64,000 nt of DNA from Candidatus Omnitrophota bacterium (GTDB lineage: Bacteria > Omnitrophota > Gorgyraeia > Gygaellales > Profunditerraquicolaceae), in contig JAPLLX010000004.1 of NCBI GenBank assembly GCA_026387335.1, positions 77,955 through 141,954 on the forward strand, read 5' to 3'. The position numbers and the translations under genes are program-made. Under the pieces are notes generated by a model that had not been told where the DNA came from, searched no databases, and saw only the letters and a program-made list of their open reading frames with translations. Position 1 is the first letter of the stretch, and the number at the start of each line of letters is the position of its first letter. Shown here piece after piece: positions 61,501 to 64,000 of the stretch.

Positions 61501-64000
61501 AAAATTAAACTTCTTAAGATAAGAAGAATTTCATCTCTAATGAAATACTTCTGCTTTCTCATCTCTATTAATCTATGCACAAATATACCCCAGGCATCTT
61601 CGCCTTTAAGTAAACCGATTACCTGCGTATCTAATTCGTTGTCATCGGGAAATTTAACTTTAAGCTCAAGCCAGAGGTCTACTGCTTTAGCTATACTCCC
61701 TGCCCCCAGTTTTATATAGGCCTTAACTAATGCCTTCTCTAATGACTTTTTATAAGACTTGGGAAATCTTATATCCGTAAAGATCTGGTTGGCCCTAAGA
61801 CCTTCAGCCTTGCTAACAAATGCTTCATATGAGCCTTTGAGTTCCGCTTCTTCCCAATAAGAAAACACCTCGTTATAATGAAACTCTGCCAGGATGGTTA
61901 TGTCAAGACGTTGCCTTTCTGCAATATTTTTGGCTTTTTCAAAATACTTTCTTGCCTGTTCAAAGTTCTTTTCTTTAACCGAAACTTGGCCTAACGAATT
62001 CAATGCCGAAATCGTTAAAGTCAGGCTTTTTAACTTTTCCGCGTACTCTTCTAACAATAATGCGAGTTCTTTGGTTTGGACTAACTTATCGTCTACGTAA
62101 TATGTACTAATTAAATGGAGTAAGTTGTGTATAGTTTTATTCAGCCCATCCGTATCCCTGTCTTCAAAAGCGTATTTATCAATCCGGCTGCGGATTTCTC
62201 CGGCCTCGTCTTTTACCGGCGAGCTGGTGGCAACACCAAAACCCCCAACTATTGCGCCTACCGAAGAGCTGGCCTTATTATCAACCCGGGCAAAAAACTC
62301 ATTAAATTCTCTCGCGTAAGTTGCGGCGGTAAATAATGCGTTGATAACACTCTTAAGCCGCACTGAGGTAGCCTGGTAAGTGCCGAATTTAAGCCGTTCG
62401 TATTTCCACATCTCAATAGCTCTAAATACTATTTCACGGTATGCTTCGGGAGACCGATTCTCAGGAATCAAGGTATTACCTTCTAAATTAATCGGAATCC
62501 CCTGGCTGTGTATGGTGCCTGCGCGGTATGGAGGCGCTAAAACTAATGCCCTGGGAGCCGGGACCTCAGTAAAACCGCTTGCCTCGCTATCCTCGTCAGA
62601 ATCTAAAACTATTATATCTAAAGCCGCTAACATCGCCTGCTTTACCTTAGAGTCAAAATTATCTATAAAAATAAAATTTCCCTGGCCGCTCTTCTTTTCT
62701 TTTAATAATTTTTTCTGGAGGCGGCGTAATCTTTTTGCTATATCTACGCTCCGGCCATCCGTATTCAGGATAGCGCCGCCAATTAATACATCTGCGCCTG
62801 CATTAATCCAGGCCCTAATATTATCTTCCCTCCAGGCCCTCTCCAGGTTAATTTTTTCAGGTGTCAGGCGGCCGACATAACCTATGGTCAACCTGTTAGG
62901 GTCTAAAGCAAAAATCTCCCTATATTCATGCATAATATCTTTTTCTGCATCTAAATACCTCACTGTCGCAGCCCTCGGGTCTTCCGGCCTGCAGCCTTCG
63001 TCTTCCCATCTTACATAAGCCCGTACCCTGGCCTCCTCTTCAATAAGCGCTTTTAAAAATTCCTCTTTCGCTTTTTCCCCGCTTTTCAATACCTGTATAG
63101 CTGTAGGCCGAATAGAATCAACCTCTCCTTCCTTAAAAGTATGTCCTCTGACTAACATATTTAAATAATCAAGGAATAATTTTTCTAACCATTTAAGATA
63201 AGTGCCGTTAGTTACGCCGATAATATCCAGTTCGCAATCAAATAACCTCATAACGTCAAGCGCGTGCTTATAAGATACTGCGCCTCGCCAATTCGCGGTG
63301 CGTAAACCACCGGTAGTGATATCTAAAAATTCTTTTCCGCTACAAGGATCTCGGCGCAAGAAAATCTTATCCAGAAGCCAATCATCGCTAATCCCGGTCA
63401 TCCACTTTACAGCCTGCCTATTCCCCCATGTATTTTCATAACAATGACGATTAAAATAAGTATGCGTTACCATAGCCTTTAAAGCCTGCTGCTTAAGGTT
63501 GACTATCGTAGGTAATAAATCCGGCATGGCAAATTTTAAAAGGCCGTTATTATTTTCATCGTCAGATATATCTATGAAAACATTAACTAATGCCGACTGA
63601 CCGTCATTGGCAAAAATTACCACATCTTTGCAATTTAGGCCATTCTGCTCTATAAACCAGGCTATAAAACGTAAGGTTGCGAGGCTGTAGAAACGACTGA
63701 AATCTCCCCAGCTTATCTCATTATCAGGAGCCTCATAATCATATACTACTTTGGTATAGTTATGGTTAAGTCCTTCGGGCATATGTTTTAGGAAAACTGC
63801 CTCAGCCCCTGCGGGGCTAACTCCTCTTTTAACTTCAACTTTCACCTTCTCCCCATTAAATTTACCATCAAAATCCATCATAAAATCTGCTTCGGCCAAA
63901 CGCCTAACATTATTGATTTCCGTAGAATTATTCTGGCCAAAGTGTAACTCGCGTAAAGCGCCGGATTTATCCCGGATGTATCCATAGTCAGCTTCAATAT
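40536..64000 (-). CDS. Giant multi-module protein (>7,800 aa, 5'-partial in window): chain of diverse enzyme-like domains separated by SSSPV linkers
   Basis: Single uninterrupted frame of 23.4 kb; frame still open from 63900 to the window edge with no start codon, so the TTG at 63899 is internal; multiple recognisable catalytic motifs (see the domain sub-features). Confidence 0.85.
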   Translation of the reverse strand, partial: IEADYGYIRDKSGALRELHFGQNNSTEINNVRRLAEADFMMDFDGKFNGEKVKVEVKRGVSPAGAEAVFLKHMPEGLNHNYTKVVYDYEAPDNEISWGDFSRFYSLATLRFIAWFIEQNGLNCKDVVIFANDGQSALVNVFIDISDDENNNGLLKFAMPDLLPTIVNLKQQALKAMVTHTYFNRHCYENTWGNRQAVKWMTGISDDWLLDKIFLRRDPCSGKEFLDITTGGLRTANWRGAVSYKHALDVMRLFDCELDIIGVTNGTYLKWLEKLFLDYLNMLVRGHTFKEGEVDSIRPTAIQVLKSGEKAKEEFLKALIEEEARVRAYVRWEDEGCRPEDPRAATVRYLDAEKDIMHEYREIFALDPNRLTIGYVGRLTPEKINLERAWREDNIRAWINAGADVLIGGAILNTDGRSVDIAKRLRRLQKKLLKEKKSGQGNFIFIDNFDSKVKQAMLAALDIIVLDSDEDSEASGFTEVPAPRALVLAPPYRAGTIHSQGIPINLEGNTLIPENRSPEAYREIVFRAIEMWKYERLKFGTYQATSVRLKSVINALFTAATYAREFNEFFARVDNKASSSVGAIVGGFGVATSSPVKDEAGEIRSRIDKYAFEDRDTDGLNKTIHNLLHLISTYYVDDKLVQTKELALLLEEYAEKLKSLTLTISALNSLGQVSVKEKNFEQARKYFEKAKNIAERQRLDITILAEFHYNEVFSYWEEAELKGSYEAFVSKAEGLRANQIFTDIRFPKSYKKSLEKALVKAYIKLGAGSIAKAVDLWLELKVKFPDDNELDTQVIGLLKGEDAWGIFVHRLIEMRKQKYFIRDEILLILRSLILDKDALRNRLAGLLELKERESKKLDKKDKTRERDERDFKLYVELTLILKNKMADIAEESLPDLYIYYPQYSYLFDKGVIDFTYSAKDLLVESLINGWDIDSEETSLRLEELARKSGYRESFSCLNGQLVFSIFDAQELLLVVYVGNIQKAEQVKEGKEEIKRALKNRGLKETEPAEFYFYAGKEENENDYEKRVTGIEKTILSILREESDGQEARAKVIRAFQEAEFSKRLSGWFSLEEAVSRKGFDLNFPKNGNLQDIIKAKDVSVLFRGYNSQERKNPFGWEYIKEHIIKFQPNGLSYFGAQTKNGIITNEPEVREIIRKTLKEGLVYREANNYCHIMYIDQSRDKTYILVVGPSGYVIRGYEVERSYTLAYALAWEVKIEMGRMKDIARMLRGDKEKSIIIEKGNVPDRSWPIEEIIEGRDRNGNEIKRKLYLDKKLLFHLVDETRGREVVFSKNRMFLYTLQKADRNLKYTCWDITDYGLLEDIKITPEYVYKVLTADGFNCLLPASSPLSKINNVIKLDLQLPYLKAEELIRLLGYSDKAFEDFKGWIDTLRDKKGIPLLKRSYAALTKARQDFQEGRIDQEKLVDIEARVVLNEIFLTLNDKFKRSEHNFNLQSAIRFKAATPFSLAEIFYIIGEAVGFNSSLILVRESCNAEKMFFHTASLFELSDKRKVMADFIYGFTSDVFDINKLFIKRDNYWVLQDDFIEYSLHKKFKELSLTEWSALRFIHAADFILKGVDKPGFPKSYVRTSVEYLNQALEINPEESRAYIKRADCFVALGKEKLAEEDLRKALEIEPEWSDRIEQIRENIKVKNKGLRLIYSSSPVDAVVDEQRMFLTNLNEVTATLSEAGQRKEGVEFIDEGCLMKVYTADRYPGVVFKIPSGLGSMMYPQKAVGMELITEMVGARAVNIDSWQLVKIQGFAPKLYINGVIIQQKVNTGMPLMMLSDMFKIRFDIRKALREQGIDNAFGDWSVFKWRNLGLESDNKNVVIFAGWYRPRLFKETLNSRPEEPIPPLSDKEIDGVLDRLIKYKDFKTDKGFKMEVKDYKEFNSYCWAANKADFQLAARYWKVIFEGKAHNEALSEVIGTMKYIYGSSSPVGATVCTSSSSITIVPADSDMVTKIEHKSEEEYSEIYRQLIQDFFEDIYTQIGYSGVSHFGRYYINALNSLNEDIVPLFKAHYFNYPAVYQLLLSQALKFNADYFTRSIEGQRLYFSDSYELFNQFPEIRRTHNGLGAESLTKTPSEIVYKSRLLHLKRYMPEKLNNKTPLLLIYSWIGGSHIFDLIRRSMIQYLLGRGFEVYLTDWQGVTQENKDLATFEDYIAEILNSYQKIKQLTGEDKIDVGGYCIGGTLSLVFTSLYPQLVRKLTIFTGAATVKVGKDAGGLIYALTQAALESGVVDDIFKQSGGIFPGLSLDTFFNLIQPLKNEEIVHAGIANLLNRYWQGQVSDNYLVLWSYLTARHVGSAHLRYLKDIIQRDLLAKGLFEVGGRRVDLSQITQPCLIVGALGDHIVSWPCVFETANLIGTPKDKILLALAKRGHLGGVIYNELFAIFADFLKEGPCISSSPVRSLVLSRPKISVELNLQCGISSGFWFANESMSFTCKGCPLAIFFVKDAGIYLGHIDLDDFKKGTLIEEWNKQTTYGIRSIFQDSEQILIAHQDQPTVFANRLRQSFNQRFFKGQERKIIIDPAPKDIEIKYMTAYVWPQLNETLVQYEQKLGDGKYKIVRENLYADYSSLLSSSPMDSRVKNALRSPAELARQRRQLDPSVFSPFIFVPDRLPFDPWGNEAGLPPLKANQIFYRTWPPPAAGWGWEKTSSPADIWQFTSSYIFHNYPLAKKIIEIGISQYTEAAGRLREVFPSDTRIIVTDIAPAALKEVKVRYPGIDTALDDIYQPDLVLYKDADVIYAIRPYPGLARYMLKVALFVGADLILAIPPGDEMDTLSWISLPDTTIFNRAGSLFVYKVRDFVNMHKGKIEGDSHEVVSASPIRSSSSVYVTTKMSALYLTIYLAGFVAKLNRNKNEIDFRNPREAPVFIEKLHSGEISIADINEYTFDQDEIKGLEIKQLVQHLKNTLDYLKTHSSSSVNVGAMETVAGRLKVLDSYLFGYLLSAMGLNNRKELVIIDVGCGKGAITTIELNNYARTALKDKKAKVIALDSNEEAFEDVCCSDVGKIDFIETDFRSVVYTRLRADVARCMNVIRWFNQDDFEDNVAALARSLSEGGILLVGNNDIETPEILAVLVYQKSNGSLLRRQSLFGFLGERLDQRFLETIKGFPHNDRIITEFRRAIPAARSDFQNGYALSLDDSLRRRGYTVINEEDYKLFVRDSSSPLTEEGVIKEFTLFRKKKEPIEVLLERIGVEMEHNQSFFNLNFQLGYNQDRHIGYLSFYAYSDTRTIEPHHWFVSVGFRQERYSYLFLYALFNIIPQTAELKDYTLHQTSSVYHPFMAKVLQKVGFTPDPEFRGTKCILGKTDEQGKVPVFLKGQNGRQAFESRMKNKGTASDFRIFQISDKPLDDPRAVVVIDAPYIVANLKLNKVLLHISSSSVEGYSTKEEVIQRRKAFETPYQIFGSTFFWNYSTHFKYLENILKSMIEERASKENKFLYLWSTGCGLGMEAGAIAVIVAKLFRDYMLNIGNWDIKIFATANNLALLEEARRGEYLVEEVVVGRNRGIEEGLPYGYELRDYFNSKGDIYRLKPEVRELVNFSYLDLEDNKSGLIIKDTDVIFCQWVFEYLEEEIRYHAAQALVSSLNEEGFIFVSGMEEPSFSGLVKEGILAAYHEDEIGEGYIYRKKNNTSSAVEKQRIFNPAHSSIPPVDRRAEAVNQYGEIKIASLVTVKLIGNKYVLTLIDKGASFDIWQIDAQRLMPDKGNNIIRGPPEFSFILMITPGQEELGLDPETKQPYTANVKINPPAIFIHPYFFELCDNWKEEILIELLEFMLANFSPWVPFEPSDEQAKGIEPTSSPIHKNISAAANDLELRKIMQERFDSAIGEYFRAIISDFDGTLFEGIFQAEMFAAMDRNLEIEKDFAIATGGSPEYIETVLRPQLKPWILNGEKLNRVHLYHSGGAVGYNMGTREIYYEIIFADELRKEIARFIKTGPALVCREPSWQAYFTKPKYSDALDFSYWSASLTDHKITLVPPKQNLIAYRQRHLEELFLKYQIAAHAKGTSIAIEILPLEVNKGLPLKDLSLRLGVPIDAIVKIGDRAGRRGNDFELLQGKLSFSVDEYDPDSSNQICVPLINGLKRIPATIWLMNELTCRSSSTVRRNGSIAVLDSGEGGRKGFDEIRRRLPHKYIYYWNMQQAPLGSKPAAEIQRLTCEAIRDIIEKYDPFKIVIACGTITAHFPEEARELLKKYRIEVFGFIDSAVKAALALELPQSKKIGVIATARTIQSGAFEDALIRGNSELSVFSKALPDAVVKTIERTMREGEHVAIQAWGKAEIKRLIKQPLEELKSLGIKVLILGCSHYSSIKDLIEEILGKDIKVIDASEELVNFLADKLNNGTSSSINSVNTEELYNRHEVLWSRIWKNRRLPQSEFLGRLLNEELIKKGQKVLDLGCGCRQDAVILAQMGCLVTATDISPVCLDYMSKEASKHNITDRLFARIQDFLKPFPFPDEEFDVVIANASLYFLNDSQMRHTVDEIRRVLKPGGKVFVIVYSKSDKRYGRGLRINEDLFVIHKEIIYRFFDYESLGKAFEGFTNIEIKNARVKSQNLDISKMLELRARKPGFVLSSSPVVNLINPSPAKRLQLDAIAYAQRAKDDTESGEGNFNGIWDDIHEASKIAEELEGIDIGLAYEIYDFLIKVGDSNASLAAYLAARRLIANYPYLARDLLLKLRSSKFPGLASFHKLDIHVLIGLCELSKVGSSPVVRSAIPKNWEEAKKLPLIEQEDAEPWLNIYKLWTVLKEISKITKECLGIPEAIKNVELFGSALYRAQDGRVNMKDIEDIDVNLIVDRKALSTDTGLISIGDIGDKYRELLFNHREKNVNFLYPFNEVWDICIESGRERKIIGICACEEGFWWGRSGLCAYIDKLICDLEKRYREGFWILQLINIPSRFTYPSNIEKLSKEDLIDLREFLNYLQDKIIEGEIVITEEMIKDRFSPPHLIIAPYGTSSPAETSNKYRFCLFNTGPEGKEGGVFGELLKVYPLILDSLKNGDTPKIRALSWGAVRKIGGLFTLAEPHRMVIAFLVCVKKEGIKLGQSNFEVIAFDSSREDLDKAFEGAYLEEHFQSLSENSFSAKEIEDFREEYFNKVADGTWKVKKEVNDFVKIQTDLGEEEIFYLILYNYLEYILEDKQEGHLPINTFIIASELYRRLRPGGYLLTTGKKRFRFFPELRLIHKAKATFLEKGIHSIDIFLYQYWPITDFEAWFKENYARLEQNLFKIMSGWDIMLPSFAYKFAKRIHRHGVREFLNYPYFMHPLGVTLDEVDKILESEKFKNNLIALGLPLNVYIAATLLHDVIEEYRDEGKSVPWLWIQLYIRLFINSGFSFRKTNQIYRILEIVTKRPGETEKEYLNRILAGRSSYHAAAQIIKVFDRIYNLTLPRFQWTAQRATDYAEDIRNIIEESRALNDELKDYLMGYFNKIYIELFVKELDKEAVRADSRLSKGLSSSPALVIQRDEGYWLNTGLLESILKMVRSGIKLVGSCRYLQDESGFVPLAAVDDIDFLLPMNYSESWRDLTSNIISKLKNHGVKEISRYAPFVKIHFVDPGAEATIHYIDLRSVGSSEYLDIAKRDLDKTFVYIQEPGLGDNLSWVKMYLSLEYYFGTDPEEHTIHLNEFYTYWSNKQLMAEARERIKSGSFNSLLEMISGLSYEEKLEKIRNKLYPLASSPVEMTKECAVFLDNFEIQQGNTILRLSDGCYHGCIHCIVNSSRKKIIHMPKDLANDIIQLLKKALPSGIMIRLDHNNDPSFYPYLKYVLEELREKGVELDHFLTKGWLPGDANTKRRIQEILQERLLKTAGISYNLLSPEVANVLLNSANPRAIENILKRYLAHYTDLIKTFAVVPLCVSKAEIFEDDKVNKIHERFKRLFRYQRELWEKIQENLSKEEFDAYDNYISAMGRGQQLFESSKFGYMTTRLIFGPGNVFYISVSNLNELPDDRLQHPNFYNKFHPWADWKEILRHLKPVVTPESTVFPSSQFMIKLGEIFRSSSPVGKEELLKALEDDFIEGYKENPDARRHYAGISHRWRKYLEDKGIEWLEIVSALIFDFRENYGDSWSYERCPLYSWLRLIKDIKELRIVSLLISDHRKRGDYTSSYEQTTLPSWLKRVKDLELLKGIANHTVKFRGAFLNSGYQERIIYPLLLKEINDIEALKKIFRVCQTTGHLIVSKPEIRLLQVFFEEIDPGARYSRLPLTISAKLDYKKESAFDDRIFALEYSGLISFDRTDTQEEESILIPPCSTPQEFVSFLKWLNKECFKPGISLRFQLTLNTLMAAGKLDLPDLTLTTILDPINLDEYVGKIEEAIAVGLKALSPQQISSPTSSPIDVSSDIKDKIKIAVLNELLSVRLFPKMKRIDAADIGRITKALTERFKVEFDLIDSFVREEHSKLSEMRPLRLTKAISLLYGDDYGLAISGIRKELAKRFILTRYYMATAPPEYILIADHSLMRFLISPYLFTLPEQKQIEILESVVESCLHSTASPLAQSSSPVKQVKKAISNVFAKLIPPLNSEEMEQIRDTVGDSLRQKKERLNTLSLLWMANVLSIKLWKQYTRVEEVVFEEHNRLFSGRKESASSSASRESPRQNLIDMGRRYLIDLSLDAMVVNNELKRGCSYFFDGKDFVKFDRKFRQFDDGQMMHEIYPNNLLIEDDAEEALYTTCISGCSLCVFVGIKNHKFLPLPLHIGPHDVYKGIAKALGIITAIKDYQLQGVFFGYNFNITSNTEAYLRLLLPLVGPDRIYDFGRLNDELDRLLWNRHGLIVSRDDRLKEPILWEEFIVSSSPVDRSSSPIYRQHRRREPKVVLDRTIELSNRTMKRIVIIINPRLGGSYRVELFDRTVFYQKPLNKKAISRLKEQAAALEYQLITGREKLEELQRVQQELSGQDRQAWERRQKELSLRIQKVELKIQRLSEIILGFKQAIAMFRSNYQNYARDEFLSLLPTYEMRYQVLQEDRALLSAEVSNHDSKIQELRLILDEVEEKLCIVNLRLEASQKKKKGKDSGSGSPATKPAASPFDRSSSPVREWFNRLSERIQASRSQKRLLINVKSVLGLWVKYSPRLWKAFRAVKRFYFVPQARRHLAHLNEAINLSGNDSTTSQPALIYWMLINVNPKLGERVLEVGSGCGYSLAILSRQVGREGEVIGIELIKEVAKEAGENLVRQRVTNVKVITENVFDYLNRNLREVFDVIVISAAITEGGIKNILPHLKENGRLIAPVLEFSKKPKNSRIYLYTRSQEGVIHVQDLLADTNFVLIKDSEVDVSGVPATINSGLPLAPQSSSPVSKENKLFNLQGYITEDIDGIKILFFPHELKKSPYDYDGSSGGRALELDWQIIERNFSEEFQKRFFLSSAKPKIILPKVRKEGPGTLTEVLKEFDNPAALKLDYGDIQKPFLIQPPTLEELRAASTKKYQILLYRSKEGKTWWVIRGNFFGYVRVMLKDFIELLQSAKPDVYLYLSTPAVTYYTDFIMAAHSPETQFYKGDECGIAEFMWLHQNKILATLNIGDSVPGYKNFYTFLPWEENRRKYYKGKIPHTLDELLKFNDIWQEIRNMHSIFNNRKDIQEVIGKLKDYQGAKEDVIQMEAMALLAELPYREAVEAILFFRENSGSILIKYNSIERIAEMIKKLNMKEALRILDKIALDHQGERGTNTALDYLVEIEPERIWGNFSGNLGWKMHGMLKYQNDAPKISRLFRETESLAIKKLIIDYIQQWKSDESENVRLGAQSLQEELGSEIYLILSSSPVVGLFGAMATTRGEVKTGPQPEQAIDTRRLNVEIRRVSISSPVTMNSNKISWQLGRELLGEIGLFLLRLIHAPPGKKMTDEIK
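42255..42810 (-). other. Giant ORF module: protein-L-isoaspartate O-methyltransferase (PIMT)-like
   Basis: FYFVPQ, TTSQP (compare PIMT TISQP), RVLEVGSGCGYSLAILS (compare VLEIGTGSGY; 42631-42665), DVIVISAA. Confidence 0.6.
43665..44220 (-). other. Giant ORF module: CheD-like (chemoreceptor glutamine deamidase-like)
   Basis: TCISGCSLCVFV (compare CheD LGSCVAV) and HKFLPLPLHIGPHD (compare H.MLP); 43996-44048. Confidence 0.3.
46050..46980 (-). other. Giant ORF module: radical SAM core
   Basis: LSDGCYHGCIHCIVNS: CxxxCxxC (46881-46920). Confidence 0.5.
47010..47640 (-). other. Giant ORF module: minimal nucleotidyltransferase 2
   Basis: LVGSCRYLQDESGFVPLAAVDDIDFLL: GS-x(n)-DxD. Confidence 0.45.
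47700..48285 (-). other. Giant ORF module: RelA/SpoT-type HD hydrolase domain
   Basis: YFMHPLGV (compare YITHPLAVA), AATLLHDVIEE (48100-48135), IIKVFDRIYNLTLP (compare LIKLADRLHNMRTL). Confidence 0.6.
49200..49800 (-). other. Giant ORF module: minimal (Pol-beta-type) nucleotidyltransferase 1
   Basis: LFGSALYRAQDGRVNMKDIEDIDVNLIV: GS-x(n)-DxD signature (49633-49710). Confidence 0.5.
50400..50940 (-). other. Giant ORF module: class I SAM methyltransferase (TehB/TPMT-like)
   Basis: WSRIW, VLDLGCGCRQD (50801-50840), FDVVIANASLYFL, VLKPGGKVFV. Confidence 0.55.
51000..51690 (-). other. Giant ORF module: glutamate racemase (MurI)/Asp-Glu racemase-like
   Basis: IAVLDSGEGG (compare IGVFDSGVGG), VIACGTITAH (compare IACNTAS), IGVIATARTI, VLILGCSHYS. 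Confidence 0.55.
51795..52530 (-). other. Giant ORF module: HAD-superfamily (IIB-like) phosphatase
   Basis: Motif I AIISDFDGTLFEG (52441-52530 region), ATGGS, motif IV VKIGDRAGRRGNDFELL. Confidence 0.55.
53220..53850 (-). other. Giant ORF module: CheR-like methyltransferase
   Basis: FFWNYSTHFKYL, LWSTGCGLGMEAGAIAVIV (compare CheR IWSAGCSTGEEPYSIAM), IFATANNLALLEEARRGEY. Confidence 0.5.
54720..55215 (-). other. Giant ORF module: class I SAM-dependent methyltransferase
   Basis: Motif I VIIDVGCGKGA (55094-55127), acidic beta2 end (ALDSNEE), motif III-like LSEGGILLVG. Confidence 0.6.
55590..55995 (-). other. Giant ORF module: Rossmann-like UPF0146-type domain
   Basis: IIEIGISQYTEAAGRL...IIVTDIAP...DDIYQPDLVLYKDADVIYAIRPYPGL. 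Confidence 0.35.
56805..57741 (-). other. Giant ORF module: PhaC-like alpha/beta-hydrolase with Cys lipase box
   Basis: VGGYCIGGTL (GxCxGG box, 57441-57464), PLLLIYSWIGGSHIFDL, GDHIVSW (PhaC-like DHIxxW His motif). Confidence 0.6.
59070..59220 (-). other. Giant ORF module: TPR repeats
   Basis: YLNQALEINPEESRAYIKRADCFVALGKEKLAEEDLRKALEIEPEWS. Confidence 0.5.
62460..63899 (-). other. Giant ORF module: GT-B fold glycosyltransferase-like (GT4/GT5-like)
   Basis: DVVIFANDGQSAL (compare DVVHAHDWQTAL), YVGRLTPEKINL (compare VGRLxxQKG), acidic E-x7-E-like region. Confidence 0.5.

Noticed and set aside
40661-62238. Regularly recurring 13-mer CCGGCGAGCTGGA, considered as a CRISPR-like or intergenic repeat array
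   Set aside because: The copies are in-frame coding sequence for an SSSPV linker. Their spacing is irregular (0.4-2.3 kb). There are no spacers or leader and no cas genes, so it is not a CRISPR array.
63897-63899. TTG called as the start codon of the giant ORF
   Set aside because: The frame continues open upstream to the window edge with no start codon. This is an internal Leu codon, not the true start.
40536-64000. Giant ORF as an NRPS/PKS megasynthase or an RTX/Ig-repeat adhesin
   Set aside because: No condensation (HHxxxDG), adenylation, KS/AT or carrier-protein (DSL) motifs were seen. No tandem Ig, cadherin or RTX nonapeptide repeats were seen either. The modules are heterogeneous enzymes.
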